Shown here: positions 39,437 to 49,431 of the stretch, one piece after another
Layout of the letters: the number at the start of each line of letters is the position of its first letter
Position numbering within the stretch: the stretch's first letter is position 1
Assembly: GCA_965216755.1 (NCBI GenBank)
Contig: CBDCGL010000011.1
Span: forward strand, 2,656,001 to 2,720,000
Length of the DNA: 64,000 bases
Reading direction: 5' to 3'
DNA from: Alphaproteobacteria bacterium
Lineage (GTDB): Bacteria; Pseudomonadota; Alphaproteobacteria; UBA7887
Program-made: the position numbers and the translations under genes
Notes under the pieces: generated by a model
Databases searched by the model: none
What the model was told of the DNA's origin: nothing
Seen by the model: the letters and a program-made list of their open reading frames with translations, nothing else

Positions 39437-40153
39437 ATGGCAATTCAGGCACAGCCGGTGGACGACAACGAGACAGATGAACATCTGCGCCCGACGGCAT
39501 TCATCGACAGCGATACGCCGGCCGTTGCGGAATTTGCGGCGCGTGCCGCGGGCGCCGACGGACCCGATTTGGAGCGCGCGGTCCGGCTCTACTACGCGGT
39601 GCGGGACGATATTCGCTATGACCCCTATCGCATCGAGACCACGCCGGAAGGCTTTCGCGCCGGCCGCTGCCTTGATGTCGGTTACGGGTTTTGCATAACA
39701 AAGGCTGCGTTGTTGGCCGCTTGCGCCCGTGCCGTTGGAATCCCGGCCCGGCTCGGATATGGCGACGTGCGCAACCATCTGGCAACTGAAAAGCTGTTGG
39801 CGATCATGGGTACCGACTTGTTTGTCTTTCACGGTTACACGGACCTATTGCTCGAAGGCCGGTGGGTTAAGGCAACACCGGCGTTCAATTTGGGCCTGTG
39901 CCAACGCTTCGGCGTCAAACCGCTGGAATTCGACGGCCGCACGGATTCACTGTTTCACGAGTTCGACGCGGCCGGTCGTCGTCACATGGAATATGTCAAC
40001 CAACACGGCGCCTTTACCGACCTGCCCTTTGACAAGATCATGGCAACCTGGCGCGAATGCTATCCGCGCGCGATGAAATTCGGCTTTCAACCACCGGATG
40101 GCGATTTCGCGCGGGAGGCGGAGGCCGAGCACCTGCAGTCGCAGCGCGCATGA
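39437..40153 (+). CDS. Transglutaminase-like domain protein
   Basis: VRDDIRYDPY, GFCITKA, DVRNHL, FHGY, WVKATPAFN. Confidence 0.85.
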   Translation: MAIQAQPVDDNETDEHLRPTAFIDSDTPAVAEFAARAAGADGPDLERAVRLYYAVRDDIRYDPYRIETTPEGFRAGRCLDVGYGFCITKAALLAACARAVGIPARLGYGDVRNHLATEKLLAIMGTDLFVFHGYTDLLLEGRWVKATPAFNLGLCQRFGVKPLEFDGRTDSLFHEFDAAGRRHMEYVNQHGAFTDLPFDKIMATWRECYPRAMKFGFQPPDGDFAREAEAEHLQSQRA

Positions 40154-41175
40154 TGGAACGGCGGCGCGCTGTGCCTTGGGGCGCGATTTGTATCGCGATT
40201 TGGTGCGCGATCGCTGCGGCGCCGGTGGACGCGCAGACAACCCTGCGCATCACCCTGCAGCTGCCGCTGACATCGCCACTGGGCGCCAATTTGGTGGCGT
40301 TCAAAGAGAATGTGGAGGTGGCGAGCGCCGGCGCGCTTCGTATCGAGATTTATCCAAGCGCACAATTGTTTACCGACAAAGAAGTGCCGGTGGCGGTGGC
40401 CTCGGGTCAAATCGAAATGGGGGTGTCTTCGCTGGCCCGTTTCGCCGGCACAATCCCGGCGGTCGACGTGTTCTTTGTCCCGTTCCTCTTCAACACACCG
40501 GAATTGGTGACCGCGGCCACGGCGCCGGGCGCCGCGGTACGCGGTTTGATCGACGCCGCGTTGATCGAAAAGGGCGCGCGCCCGCTGTGGTGGCAACCCT
40601 ACGGCTTAACAGTGCTAATGACGCGCGGCGTACAGGTGCGCGTGCCGGACGACATGCGCGGCCTGAAGATTCGCACGTTCGGCAAGGCCATCGAGTCCTT
40701 TGTCAACGCGGTCGGCGCGGCGGCGACGAACGTTTCCGGCTCGCGCCAGTATCTCGCCTATGAGCGCGGCACGGTCGACGGCGGCATGACCGGCATTTTG
40801 TCGGTCTCGGAACGCAAGCTGCACCAAGTACTTGACCATCTAACCTTGACCCACCACGCCGATATCGAGTTTCTGGTACTGATCAATGATCGGGTCTGGC
40901 AAGGGCTAGACAATACGCAACAGTCGATCTTGACCAAAGCCGCCGTCACCGTTGAGGCCGCGCTGCGCGAATCGTTTGCGGCGCTGGAAGCCGCGGCACT
41001 GGCGGAAGCTGAGGCCGAAGGTATGACGATTTACCGGCCAAGCACTGGTGACCTTGCCGCCTGGCGGGCGGCCACGGCGGGCATGCGCGACAGCTATGTC
41101 GACACCGCCGGTCCGCTGGGCGCCGAATTGCTTGCCGCCGCCGACCAATTGCGCGCCAGGATCGGTGAAGACTAA
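40150..41175 (+). CDS. dctP: TRAP transporter substrate-binding protein
   Basis: Signal peptide, IEIYPSAQL, PFLF, DMRGLKIR, YLAYERGTVDG. Confidence 0.88.
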   Translation: MMERRRAVPWGAICIAIWCAIAAAPVDAQTTLRITLQLPLTSPLGANLVAFKENVEVASAGALRIEIYPSAQLFTDKEVPVAVASGQIEMGVSSLARFAGTIPAVDVFFVPFLFNTPELVTAATAPGAAVRGLIDAALIEKGARPLWWQPYGLTVLMTRGVQVRVPDDMRGLKIRTFGKAIESFVNAVGAAATNVSGSRQYLAYERGTVDGGMTGILSVSERKLHQVLDHLTLTHHADIEFLVLINDRVWQGLDNTQQSILTKAAVTVEAALRESFAALEAAALAEAEAEGMTIYRPSTGDLAAWRAATAGMRDSYVDTAGPLGAELLAAADQLRARIGED

Positions 41176-41671
41176 GCGCGATCCGATCGCACCGATCAGC
41201 CGCGCCATGGCGTGGTGCGCGGCCGCCCTTTTCGTGATTATCGGTTTGATCGTCGCCTACGAAGTTGTCATGCGCTACGTGTTTTTGGCGCCAACCCGAT
41301 GGGTCGAGGAAATCGCGCGCGTGCTTCAGATCTATGGCGTGTTTCTGGCCTGTGCATGGCTGGTTGGTCGGCGCGAGCATATCCGCATCACGGCCCTGAC
41401 CGCCCGTGTGCGCCCGGCCATACGAGCCTGGTTCGAACGCATCGCGTTGCTGTGTATTGCAGCCATTGCCGCGGCATGTACGTGGGCGTCCGTCGAACTT
41501 ATCCGGTTCTCCATCGACATGGCCCAATATACCGACTCGGTCCTGGCGCTGCCGATGTGGCTGGTGCAGTTACCCGTGCCTGTCGGCTTGGCGTTGGTGA
41601 CAGCGCAGGCAATTGCTTGCATTGTTTGGAGCGGCGACGGCAGTCGCGCCGACGAGCCACCGACATTCTGA
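41165..41671 (+). CDS. dctQ: TRAP transporter small permease
   Basis: 4 TM; EVVMRYVFLAPTRWVEE, EHIRI; GTG start assumed. Confidence 0.85.
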   Translation: MKTKRDPIAPISRAMAWCAAALFVIIGLIVAYEVVMRYVFLAPTRWVEEIARVLQIYGVFLACAWLVGRREHIRITALTARVRPAIRAWFERIALLCIAAIAAACTWASVELIRFSIDMAQYTDSVLALPMWLVQLPVPVGLALVTAQAIACIVWSGDGSRADEPPTF

Positions 41672-41678
41672 TTGGGTC

Positions 41679-42974
41679 ATGACCGCGGCGATCATTCTTT
41701 TCTGCCTGTTCGCGGCTCTGTTGATCGGCATCGACGTTGCCTTTGTGCTGGCGGGATTGGGCGTGCTGTTATTGCTAGTCGGTGGCTTCTCGCCACTGAT
41801 GATCCCGCAGGCCTTGTTGTCCAGCATGGACAATTTCATCCTGTTGGCGGTGCCTCTATTTATTTTGATGTCAAATGTTTTGCTGCGCGGCGGCGCCGGC
41901 GACCGCCTGTTTGCGGCCGTGCAAAGCTGGATCGGCCATTGGCCCGGTGGTCTGGCGGTGGCGACGATCGTCAGTTGTGCGATCTTCGCCGCCATCTCTG
42001 GATCCTCCGTGGCGACGGCGGCAACCATTGGCACGGTTGCGATCCCAGCCATGGTCAGTCGTGGCTACGAACGGCGCTTTGTCTACGGCCTGCTGGCCGC
42101 CGGCGGCACGCTCGGCATTTTGATCCCACCATCCATTCCGATGATCGTATTCGGCTTTGTCACCTCCGAATCGATCGTTGATTTGTTCCTGGCCGGGATC
42201 GGCCCCGGACTATGCTTGGCGGCGGTCTTTGTCGCCTATGTGGTGGTGCGCGCCTGGCGCGGCGGCGGCTATCAATCGATGGCCCGCGCCTCGGCGCAGC
42301 AGCGCTTGACCGCCACACGCGGGGCTCTGCCGACGCTGGCACTTGCCGCCGTGATTATTTTCGGCATCTATTTTGGCGCCTTTACGCCGACCGAGGCCGC
42401 TGGAATCGGTTTCGTTGCCGCGTTGGTCATCACTATCGGCGTACACAGATCGCTCGGTGTGCGTGACTTGCCGCAGATCGCCATGGAGTCGATGAAAACC
42501 ACCGTTATGGTGCTGTTCATCATCGCCGGCGCCAAGGTGTTCGGCCAGGCAATCACCCTTTACCGGATTCCCCAAGATCTGACCACCGCCGTGGTCGGCA
42601 CACTGACGCATCCGCTGACATTCGTATTGGCCGTAAGCGCGCTGTTGCTGGTGTTGGGCTGTGTTCTTGAGACTCTGTCGATGATGTTGTTGATGCTGCC
42701 CATTATCCAACCCTCGTTTCAGGTCCTCGGCATCGATGCGATTTGGTTCGGCGTCATTTTTACGATGATGATCGAGTGCGCCTTGATCACGCCGCCGGTC
42801 GGGTTGAACTTGTTCATCATTCAGGCTGTCGCGCGCCAACACAGCGACGGCCAGGCTGTCGCTATCGGCGACGTGGTGCATGGCGTGTGGCCGTTCGTCG
42901 TGCTGATTTTGGTCACGGTCGGTGCAGTTATGATCGTGCCCGATATCGCTTTGTACATCCCATTTCGCTTGTGA
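41679..42974 (+). CDS. dctM: TRAP transporter large permease
   Basis: LLAVPLFILM, FAAISGSSVAT, GTLGILIPPSI, FTPTEA, ITPPVGLNLF. Confidence 0.92.
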   Translation: MTAAIILFCLFAALLIGIDVAFVLAGLGVLLLLVGGFSPLMIPQALLSSMDNFILLAVPLFILMSNVLLRGGAGDRLFAAVQSWIGHWPGGLAVATIVSCAIFAAISGSSVATAATIGTVAIPAMVSRGYERRFVYGLLAAGGTLGILIPPSIPMIVFGFVTSESIVDLFLAGIGPGLCLAAVFVAYVVVRAWRGGGYQSMARASAQQRLTATRGALPTLALAAVIIFGIYFGAFTPTEAAGIGFVAALVITIGVHRSLGVRDLPQIAMESMKTTVMVLFIIAGAKVFGQAITLYRIPQDLTTAVVGTLTHPLTFVLAVSALLLVLGCVLETLSMMLLMLPIIQPSFQVLGIDAIWFGVIFTMMIECALITPPVGLNLFIIQAVARQHSDGQAVAIGDVVHGVWPFVVLILVTVGAVMIVPDIALYIPFRL

Positions 42975-42992
42975 CATCTGGAGAAGGCCACC

Positions 42993-43910
42993 ATGTTTGC
43001 GGCACCGCCGGATATTGAAACCCGCCTGTTCACCCGCCTGCCCGACGAATTCCGCCGCCCAGGCGGCAAATCGCCCTGGGCGGACGTGCAAATGTTGGGC
43101 GGTTCCGTGGATTCGTTTCTCGAGGGGCCGTCATTCGATCGTGACGGTCATCTGTATGTGGTGGAAATCGCGTATGGACGCATATTTCGCGTTTCTCCCA
43201 CCGGTCAATGGACCTTGATCACCGAATATGATGGTGAGCCCAACGGCCTCAAGGTTCATCGCGACGGTCGGATCTGGGTTGCTGACTACAAGAACGGCAT
43301 TATGCAAGTTGACCCGAATAGCGGCACGGTCACGCCCGTTGTCGATCGCCACCGCCTGGAACGATTTAAAGGCGTCAATGATTTGTTTTTCGCCGCCAAC
43401 GGCGACTGTTATTTCACCGACCAAGGCCAAACCGGCTGGCACGACCCCAGCGGTCGCGTTTTTCGCTATCGCGCCGATCAGACGCTGACCCCCGTGTTGG
43501 GCGGCATTCCAAGCCCCAACGGCGTGGTCACGAACCACGACGAAAAGATTCTGTATGTCGCGGTGACCCGCGACAACAGCGTCTGGCGGTTACCTTTGTT
43601 GGCCGACGGACATGCCACCAAAGTCGGCGTATTCATCCAGCTTTCGGGCGGCAGCGCCGGCCCCGACGGCATGGCGCTGGACCAAGACGGCAATCTGGCG
43701 GTCGCCCATGCCGGCCTCGGCACGGTGTGGCTATTCGATCGACTGGGTGAGCCGATTGCGCGCGTGCGCTCATGCGCTGGTTCGATGACCACCAATGTCG
43801 CCTATGGCGGCGTCGACGGCCGCACTTTGTTTATCACCGAGTCGGAAACCAACAGCATCCTCACCGCCGAAATGCCGGTCGCCGGCCGAACGATGTTTAG
43901 CCATCTGTGA
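42993..43910 (+). CDS. SMP-30/gluconolactonase family protein
   Basis: LEGPSF, PNG, VND, GPDGM, TNVAYGG. Confidence 0.9.
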   Translation: MFAAPPDIETRLFTRLPDEFRRPGGKSPWADVQMLGGSVDSFLEGPSFDRDGHLYVVEIAYGRIFRVSPTGQWTLITEYDGEPNGLKVHRDGRIWVADYKNGIMQVDPNSGTVTPVVDRHRLERFKGVNDLFFAANGDCYFTDQGQTGWHDPSGRVFRYRADQTLTPVLGGIPSPNGVVTNHDEKILYVAVTRDNSVWRLPLLADGHATKVGVFIQLSGGSAGPDGMALDQDGNLAVAHAGLGTVWLFDRLGEPIARVRSCAGSMTTNVAYGGVDGRTLFITESETNSILTAEMPVAGRTMFSHL

Positions 43911-44340
43911 GTGCGGCAGGCTTTTGTCCCTCGACCAGGCGCAAGGCCATGCCGGGCCGATCATCGGGTCGCTGGGTAAAACCCAATCGTTTGTAGAAAG
44001 GCGCCTTGCCGACCGCTGCAAACAGTTTGATGTCTCGGACACCAGCATTTTTGCAGCAAGCCACCAGCATCTCGACAATGTGCGAACCGATCCCTCGCGA
44101 CCGGTAACCGGGCAAGACAATAATGTCGACGACCAAAGCGTACAGCACACCATCGGAAATCGCGCGGCCAATGCCGACCAAAAGGTCGCCATCATAGGCG
44201 GCGACGACCCATCGGCTGTCGCACAATGATCGACGCAAATCGCTGACGGAAACGCCGTAAACGTCGTTCCACCCCGACGTTTCGAAAACTTGGAGATAGT
44301 CTTCCGCCCTTGGCGGCTCGGTGACATAGGTGATCGACAT
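43897..44340 (-). CDS. GNAT N-acetyltransferase
   Basis: GRAISDG, DIIVLPGYRSRGIG, FYKRLGF. Confidence 0.85.
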   Translation of the reverse strand: MSITYVTEPPRAEDYLQVFETSGWNDVYGVSVSDLRRSLCDSRWVVAAYDGDLLVGIGRAISDGVLYALVVDIIVLPGYRSRGIGSHIVEMLVACCKNAGVRDIKLFAAVGKAPFYKRLGFTQRPDDRPGMALRLVEGQKPAALTDG

Positions 44341-44386
44341 GGTCTGTTGCTTCGAAGTGTGTGTGGAGACTGCGTGGATCGGACAC

Positions 44387-44421
44387 AAAAAAACCGCCAA
44401 GCGCGGGGCGCCGGCGGTTTC
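44387..44421 (-). terminator. Intrinsic terminator
   Basis: Minus strand GAAACCGCC-G-GCGC-CCC-GCGC-TT-GGCGG-TTTTTTT. Confidence 0.75.
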
Positions 44422-44448
44422 GGATCGGCTCAACGCCGCGGGCTTTCT

Positions 44449-44556
44449 TTAGCCCCAGCGGCGTGGCACGCGGAAACCCCGGCGCGCGGCGCGGCGGCCA
44501 CGACGGCGCAAATACTGACGCGACAAGGTTTCGAGCTCGTGCATTTGGATCATCAT
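44449..44556 (-). CDS. Candidate 35-aa Arg-rich small ORF / leader peptide
   Basis: MMIQMHELETLSRQYLRRRGRRAARRGFRVPRRWG*, between a sigma70-like promoter and the terminator; below the ORF track cut-off. Confidence 0.45.
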   Translation of the reverse strand: MMIQMHELETLSRQYLRRRGRRAARRGFRVPRRWG

Positions 44557-44564
44557 GAGCCCAC

Positions 44565-44595
44565 GCTATAACGTTGGTTGGCTGGTACCGTCAAG
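44565..44595 (-). promoter_or_regulatory. Sigma70-type promoter
   Basis: Minus strand CTTGACG-N18-TATAGC, resembling alphaproteobacterial housekeeping promoters. Confidence 0.5.
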
Positions 44596-44711
44596 CGTCG
44601 TTTTAGAGATCGTCCAAGGTCCATCGAAAACCGCGGTCCCGTTGGCTTGACTCTTTGATTTCGGGTTCACTTGCCCCGATGGAAAGAGCCGCCGACCGAA
44701 CGCGAACCCGC

Positions 44712-45668
44712 TCAGCCCAGTTCGGCGCGCCCAATGTTGACAAACTTTTCGCGCCGCTTGGCGCGCAGTGTGCCGCCGGGAACAGCCAGTAGGGATTGCA
44801 TGGCTTCGTCCAACGCATCGCCAAGATGTGCGTAAACCACCGATGGTTCGCGATGGGCACCGCCGACCGGCTCGGCAATGATCTGATCGATGATTCCGAA
44901 TTCCGCCAAATCCTGCGCGGTCATCTTCAGGGCGACAGCCGCGTCTTCGGCTGCGTCTTGGTTGCGCCACAAGATCGAGGCGCAGCCCTCCGGTGAAATC
45001 ACTGAGTAGATCGCGTTTTCCAGCATCATCACATGATTGGCGGTGGCCAACGCGATGGCGCCGCCGGACCCACCCTCGCCGATGATCGCCGTGATCAAAG
45101 GCACCCGCACCGCGAGGCATTTCTCGGTCGACCGGGCGATGGCCTCGGACTGGCCGCGTTCCTCGGCACCGATACCCGGGTAAGCGCCCGGCGTATCGAT
45201 CAAGGTGATGATGGGCAGGCCGAACCGGTCGGCCAAGTCCATCAGCCGTACCGCCTTGCGATAGCCTTCAGGACGCGCCATGCCGAAATTGTGCGTGACC
45301 CGGCCGTCGGTGTCCGCACCTTTTTCGTGCCCCATAATCATGACCGCCTGGCCGCGAAAGCGCCCAAGACCGCCGATGATCGCTTGGTCGTCGCCAAACG
45401 CGCGATCGCCGGCCAGTGGCGTGAAATCCTCGATCAAAGCGTCGATGTAGTCGGTAAAATGCGGTCTCTCAGGATGCCGGGCGACTTGCGCCTTTTGCCA
45501 CGGGGAAAGGCGGCTATAGGTTTGCCTCAGCAGCCGTTCCGCCTTGGTCTGGAGATGGCTAATCTCGTCGATGATATTCAGTTCGCCGGCATCGCTGAGG
45601 TGACGTAACTCTTTGATTTTGCCTTCTAACTCGGCAATCGGCTTTTCGAAATCCAGAAACGTGTTCAT
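44712..45668 (-). CDS. accA: Acetyl-CoA carboxylase carboxyltransferase subunit alpha
   Basis: [50 protein letters not shown]. Confidence 0.97.
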   Translation of the reverse strand: MNTFLDFEKPIAELEGKIKELRHLSDAGELNIIDEISHLQTKAERLLRQTYSRLSPWQKAQVARHPERPHFTDYIDALIEDFTPLAGDRAFGDDQAIIGGLGRFRGQAVMIMGHEKGADTDGRVTHNFGMARPEGYRKAVRLMDLADRFGLPIITLIDTPGAYPGIGAEERGQSEAIARSTEKCLAVRVPLITAIIGEGGSGGAIALATANHVMMLENAIYSVISPEGCASILWRNQDAAEDAAVALKMTAQDLAEFGIIDQIIAEPVGGAHREPSVVYAHLGDALDEAMQSLLAVPGGTLRAKRREKFVNIGRAELG

Positions 45669-45686
45669 GGCCGCCCCAACGACGCG

Positions 45687-46595
45687 TCAGGATGCTGAAT
45701 TCGCAAGCGGGTGGTGCTGGCGCACGGTCGCCGCCAATCGTTCCGCCAGAACGTGGGTGTAGATCTCGGTCGTTGAAATATCCGCATGGCCAAGCATGGT
45801 TTGAACGCTACGCAAGTCCGCGCCATTGGCAAGCAGGTGGCTGGCAAAGGCATGCCGCAGCACGTGGGGTGAAATCATCTCCGGGTCAAGACCCGCTTCA
45901 ATGGCCAATTCTTTGATCTCTTGTCCAAGACGGCGGCGCGTCATATGCCCGCTGCGGCCACGCGATGGAAACAACCAAGGCGCGTCCGCATCGGCGACCA
46001 AGAATGTAGAACGAATTTCTAAATAAGCCGCCAATGCCGTCGACGCCGGGCCGCCCAGCGGCACCATGCGTTCACGTCCGCCCTTGCCGCGCACGATCAA
46101 CACGCCAAGGTCCTCGCGCAGCGCAGTACGCGGCAAGCCCACCAATTCAGAGACCCGCAGGCCGGTCGCGTAAAGCATCTCGACCAAGGCGGCGACGCGA
46201 ACGCCGCGTGGCCCGGGGCGCGCGTGCGCCGCCGCAAGCAGATCGTCCACTTGCTGTTCGCTGAGCATTTTCGGCAACGCCCGACGCGGTTTTGGCGAAT
46301 CAAGCACCGCGGTTGGATCATCGCCGCGCAATCCTTCCGCAAACAGGAACCCATACAGCTGGCGAATTGTCGACGTGCGCCGTGCTGCGGTGGTGGTCGC
46401 CAGACCGCGTGCGTTCAGATCGGCCAGATATGCGCGCAAATCGGTAACATCCACATCCGTTACGGTGACGCCGCGATCGCCGATGAAGGCGGTGAAATCG
46501 CCGAGGTCACGCCGATAGGCATCGACCGTGTTCACCGCGGCGCCGCGCTCGGCCAACAACATGTCGACAAACAGATCTATTGCCGGCTCGGACAC
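45687..46595 (-). CDS. xerD: Tyrosine recombinase XerD
   Basis: LYATGLRVSEL, RGKGGRER, SPHVLRHAFASHLL, LGHADISTTEIYTH; usual position next to accA. Confidence 0.9.
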   Translation of the reverse strand: MSEPAIDLFVDMLLAERGAAVNTVDAYRRDLGDFTAFIGDRGVTVTDVDVTDLRAYLADLNARGLATTTAARRTSTIRQLYGFLFAEGLRGDDPTAVLDSPKPRRALPKMLSEQQVDDLLAAAHARPGPRGVRVAALVEMLYATGLRVSELVGLPRTALREDLGVLIVRGKGGRERMVPLGGPASTALAAYLEIRSTFLVADADAPWLFPSRGRSGHMTRRRLGQEIKELAIEAGLDPEMISPHVLRHAFASHLLANGADLRSVQTMLGHADISTTEIYTHVLAERLAATVRQHHPLANSAS

Positions 46596-46662
46596 ATGGT
46601 TTCCTTAAGCAGACCGATCGGCCATAGCAATCTGCAAGTTCCCCGCGGCGATGGTCGAAACC

Positions 46663-48483
46663 CTAATATCTGCTCTCAACAACCGCCTCAACAGCCAATG
46701 CGCGTGCATCGTCGTCCAATCCCAGTGCCCGCAAGCTGCGCAACACCGACCCAAGCGCCAAGGGACTGGCCGTCGCGGGCCCGCCCGGCCCCAGCGCGAT
46801 AAGCCCGTAAAGGATCGCCAGACCGGTCTCGCCAGCCCGCACCGCGTCGCGCAAACCATAGCGGAGACCGACAACCGGGATCTCGGTCGTGACCGTCAGG
46901 GGCCCATTCAACATCATCGCCCAGCCCGATTTGCCGACTTCGTAACCCAATGCGTCGAGAACAATGAACATGCGCGCGATGCGTGCCGCGCGGGCCTCGC
47001 CACTGATCCCAATCGGCAGCCCGTTGGCCCAGCGTCGCGCCAACGCCGGCTTCCAAGAAGACTGCTTGCCGGCATTGGCGATGAACACGACGGGTCGGAC
47101 CAAATCGTAGAGCGCGCCCGCGTCCGAATCACCGCGTGCCGTGGTGCCCAACACTTCAAGCCAGGCTTCGGCCGTTTCAAACAATCCCAATTGCGCGGCT
47201 GCCACGGCCGCATCCGCGGCGTCCTCGGGTGCCGCCATCGCCGGTTTGACCGCCTGCAGCGACAACGCGCTGGCGCGGACAGCGACACCAAATGACGTCG
47301 CCGACGCGCCGCGGCGCCAAGCTTCACCCATATAGCGGACCCGCGCTTCATCCGAAGGCGCCTGACGAATGGCTTGATGAAGGACGGCACGGCTCCATGG
47401 CCCGGTCGTTTCTGCCGCGGCCTCAATGGGATTGGCCAAGTCGGACGGCGACACCACGATCTCGTCATAAAGCGCACTGAGCGCGACCGGCGCCAACGCG
47501 CCCATGGCCGCGGCCTGTTCACCGGCGGCCAAACGAAGCTCCGACGACAAAGTGCCCGAATCCGCCACCGAGCGCAGCAGACCTGGCGCGCCACTGGCGA
47601 TAAATGTATCGGGCAGTTCGACTTCCGCCGCGCGGACCATGGCAAGCGTCAGCGGCGACGGCACGACGTTGGCGACATCGCCCTTTCGATCGTCAATCAG
47701 TATCCTGGCCAAGGCGTCAAACCCGTCACCCGTCGAGTCGGTTTCACGTAACAGATCCAAGCTCAACCGCGCGGCGGTCGTTTCGCCCGCTGTCGCCTGG
47801 CAGAAAATCAAACCGCGCTGCCAATAAGGCGTCGCCGTGGCGCGAACTTGTTCGCGCACAATGGCGCACGCATCAGCGGCATTATTGGCCAGAAACAAGA
47901 GATCGGTCGCGCTTTGCGACAATGCCTGACCGCGACCGCGTTGGGGAACCTGGGCCAGCAGCGACTGCGCCGATTCGAATTCGGCAATATCGACCAGCGC
48001 GGTCAAACGCGCCGCCAAGAATGCGCCGCTCTCGCCGCGGCCAACCGGCGGTGGCGCGGCGGTCAGCACGAGTCGGCGCGTCAGGTCGCGCATCGCCGGC
48101 GAGCGTGCCGTGACCGGCAATCGCGCCATCAGCGACATCACCGTTTCGCGCTCACTGCCACGCCAAAGATTGTCGCCCAAGCCACCATCTCCGTCGTCCA
48201 GGGAGCCGAGCGCGTCAAAGTCCACATCAGCCAACCTGTTGACCGCGATGGTCGGCGTCGGTGGCGTGGTTGTCCCGCTATCGTTGGCAACTGGATCGGT
48301 GGCAACTGGATCAGTCCGATCTTGGGCGTTGCCAGATGTCGTTGTCGCCACCGCCAAAACAAACGGGCCCAGCGCGACAAGCGCTCTCAAGGCCTGCATG
48401 TGGCGCACAGTCAGCCGTGACAGGGCACGGTCCCGCAACAAAGTGAGCGGCGCCATCGCTGTATTAGCGCGGAAAACGGTCAT
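46663..48483 (-). CDS. Conserved alphaproteobacterial exported helical protein upstream of xerD
   Basis: Signal-like segment, GGLGDNLWRGS, AC…C pair, LRALGLDDDARALAVEA C-terminus; start uncertain (48483/48456/48399). Confidence 0.7.
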   Translation of the reverse strand: MTVFRANTAMAPLTLLRDRALSRLTVRHMQALRALVALGPFVLAVATTTSGNAQDRTDPVATDPVANDSGTTTPPTPTIAVNRLADVDFDALGSLDDGDGGLGDNLWRGSERETVMSLMARLPVTARSPAMRDLTRRLVLTAAPPPVGRGESGAFLAARLTALVDIAEFESAQSLLAQVPQRGRGQALSQSATDLLFLANNAADACAIVREQVRATATPYWQRGLIFCQATAGETTAARLSLDLLRETDSTGDGFDALARILIDDRKGDVANVVPSPLTLAMVRAAEVELPDTFIASGAPGLLRSVADSGTLSSELRLAAGEQAAAMGALAPVALSALYDEIVVSPSDLANPIEAAAETTGPWSRAVLHQAIRQAPSDEARVRYMGEAWRRGASATSFGVAVRASALSLQAVKPAMAAPEDAADAAVAAAQLGLFETAEAWLEVLGTTARGDSDAGALYDLVRPVVFIANAGKQSSWKPALARRWANGLPIGISGEARAARIARMFIVLDALGYEVGKSGWAMMLNGPLTVTTEIPVVGLRYGLRDAVRAGETGLAILYGLIALGPGGPATASPLALGSVLRSLRALGLDDDARALAVEAVVESRY

Positions 48484-48604
48484 CAGGCAGGATCTTTTCC
48501 ACAGGCGCCGTCGGCGCCGGAATGTCCCAGGTCATCAAAAAGACGATGCCCGCGACCAGACCGATAACGACCGTAAGACCGAGAACACGGTAGACATAGC
48601 GCAT
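48464..48604 (-). CDS. 46-aa single-TM small protein
   Basis: MRYVYRVLGLTVVIGLVAGIVFLMTWDIPAPTAPVEKILPDDRFPR*, translated by hand. Confidence 0.7.
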   Translation of the reverse strand: MRYVYRVLGLTVVIGLVAGIVFLMTWDIPAPTAPVEKILPDDRFPR

Positions 48605-48846
48605 GGATTCGATGTCGGCTCAATGCCACAGGGTGAGACACGGCTTCAAGATGCGGCGACACACAGGCGCCGGCGCATTGCAGGGCAGCCCGGCGGGTGT
48701 GATAAGGTGCCGCCGCAACGGGTCGGCCGCACTTTATAAGGTTCGATCCGCGAGTTCAATCGGGCGACGATCAGACGAACCGCCCGGCCGATAACGAGCC
48801 GCTTAAATCCGGATTTGAACAAACAAGCGCCCCGACGGGAACGACG

Positions 48847-49431
48847 ATGTCAGCAAAGCAACCGCCCTTTCAGCCCAAGCGCACGATCGTTCTGGTCGGG
48901 CTGATGGGGGCCGGCAAGACCTCCATTGGCCGGCGCCTGGCGGGACGCCTGCATTTGGATTTCGTCGACGCCGATCGAGAGATCGAAGCGGCCGCTGGAT
49001 GTACCATCGAAGAGATTTTTGATCTTCACGGCGAAGCCGCGTTTCGAGACGGCGAACGGCGCGTCATTGCGCGGCTATTGAACGAACCAACACAGGTTTT
49101 GGCGACCGGTGGTGGCGCGTTCATGGCTCCGGAAACCCGTCAAGTGATCGCGGCCCATGGTCGGTCGGTGTGGTTACGGGCCACCCTTGACGTGCTGCAC
49201 AGGCGGGTCATGCGGCGTTCCAACCGGCCGCTTCTGAAACGCGGCGATCCCCGGGAGATTCTATCCAGGCTGATTGACCAACGCTATCCGATCTATGCCA
49301 CAGCGGACATCACTGTCGACAGTATTGACGAACCGCACGAAGCGATGGTGGACAAAATTATCGCCGCGTTAAAGGCGCGTCGCGTTCGGATGGCGCGCAC
49401 ACAGCCATGCATGCGGGACACGCATCCATGA
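48847..49431 (+). CDS. aroK: Shikimate kinase
   Basis: GLMGAGKT, GEAAFRDGE, ATGGG, NRPLL, RYPIY. Confidence 0.95.
   Translation: MSAKQPPFQPKRTIVLVGLMGAGKTSIGRRLAGRLHLDFVDADREIEAAAGCTIEEIFDLHGEAAFRDGERRVIARLLNEPTQVLATGGGAFMAPETRQVIAAHGRSVWLRATLDVLHRRVMRRSNRPLLKRGDPREILSRLIDQRYPIYATADITVDSIDEPHEAMVDKIIAALKARRVRMARTQPCMRDTHP

Noticed and set aside
45687-46595. Tyrosine recombinase as a prophage/ICE integrase
   Set aside because: XerD motifs, housekeeping accA/aroK context, no att site, tRNA or phage genes
48285-48314. 15-bp tandem duplication (TDPVA x2)
   Set aside because: Trivial in-frame duplication in a low-complexity linker
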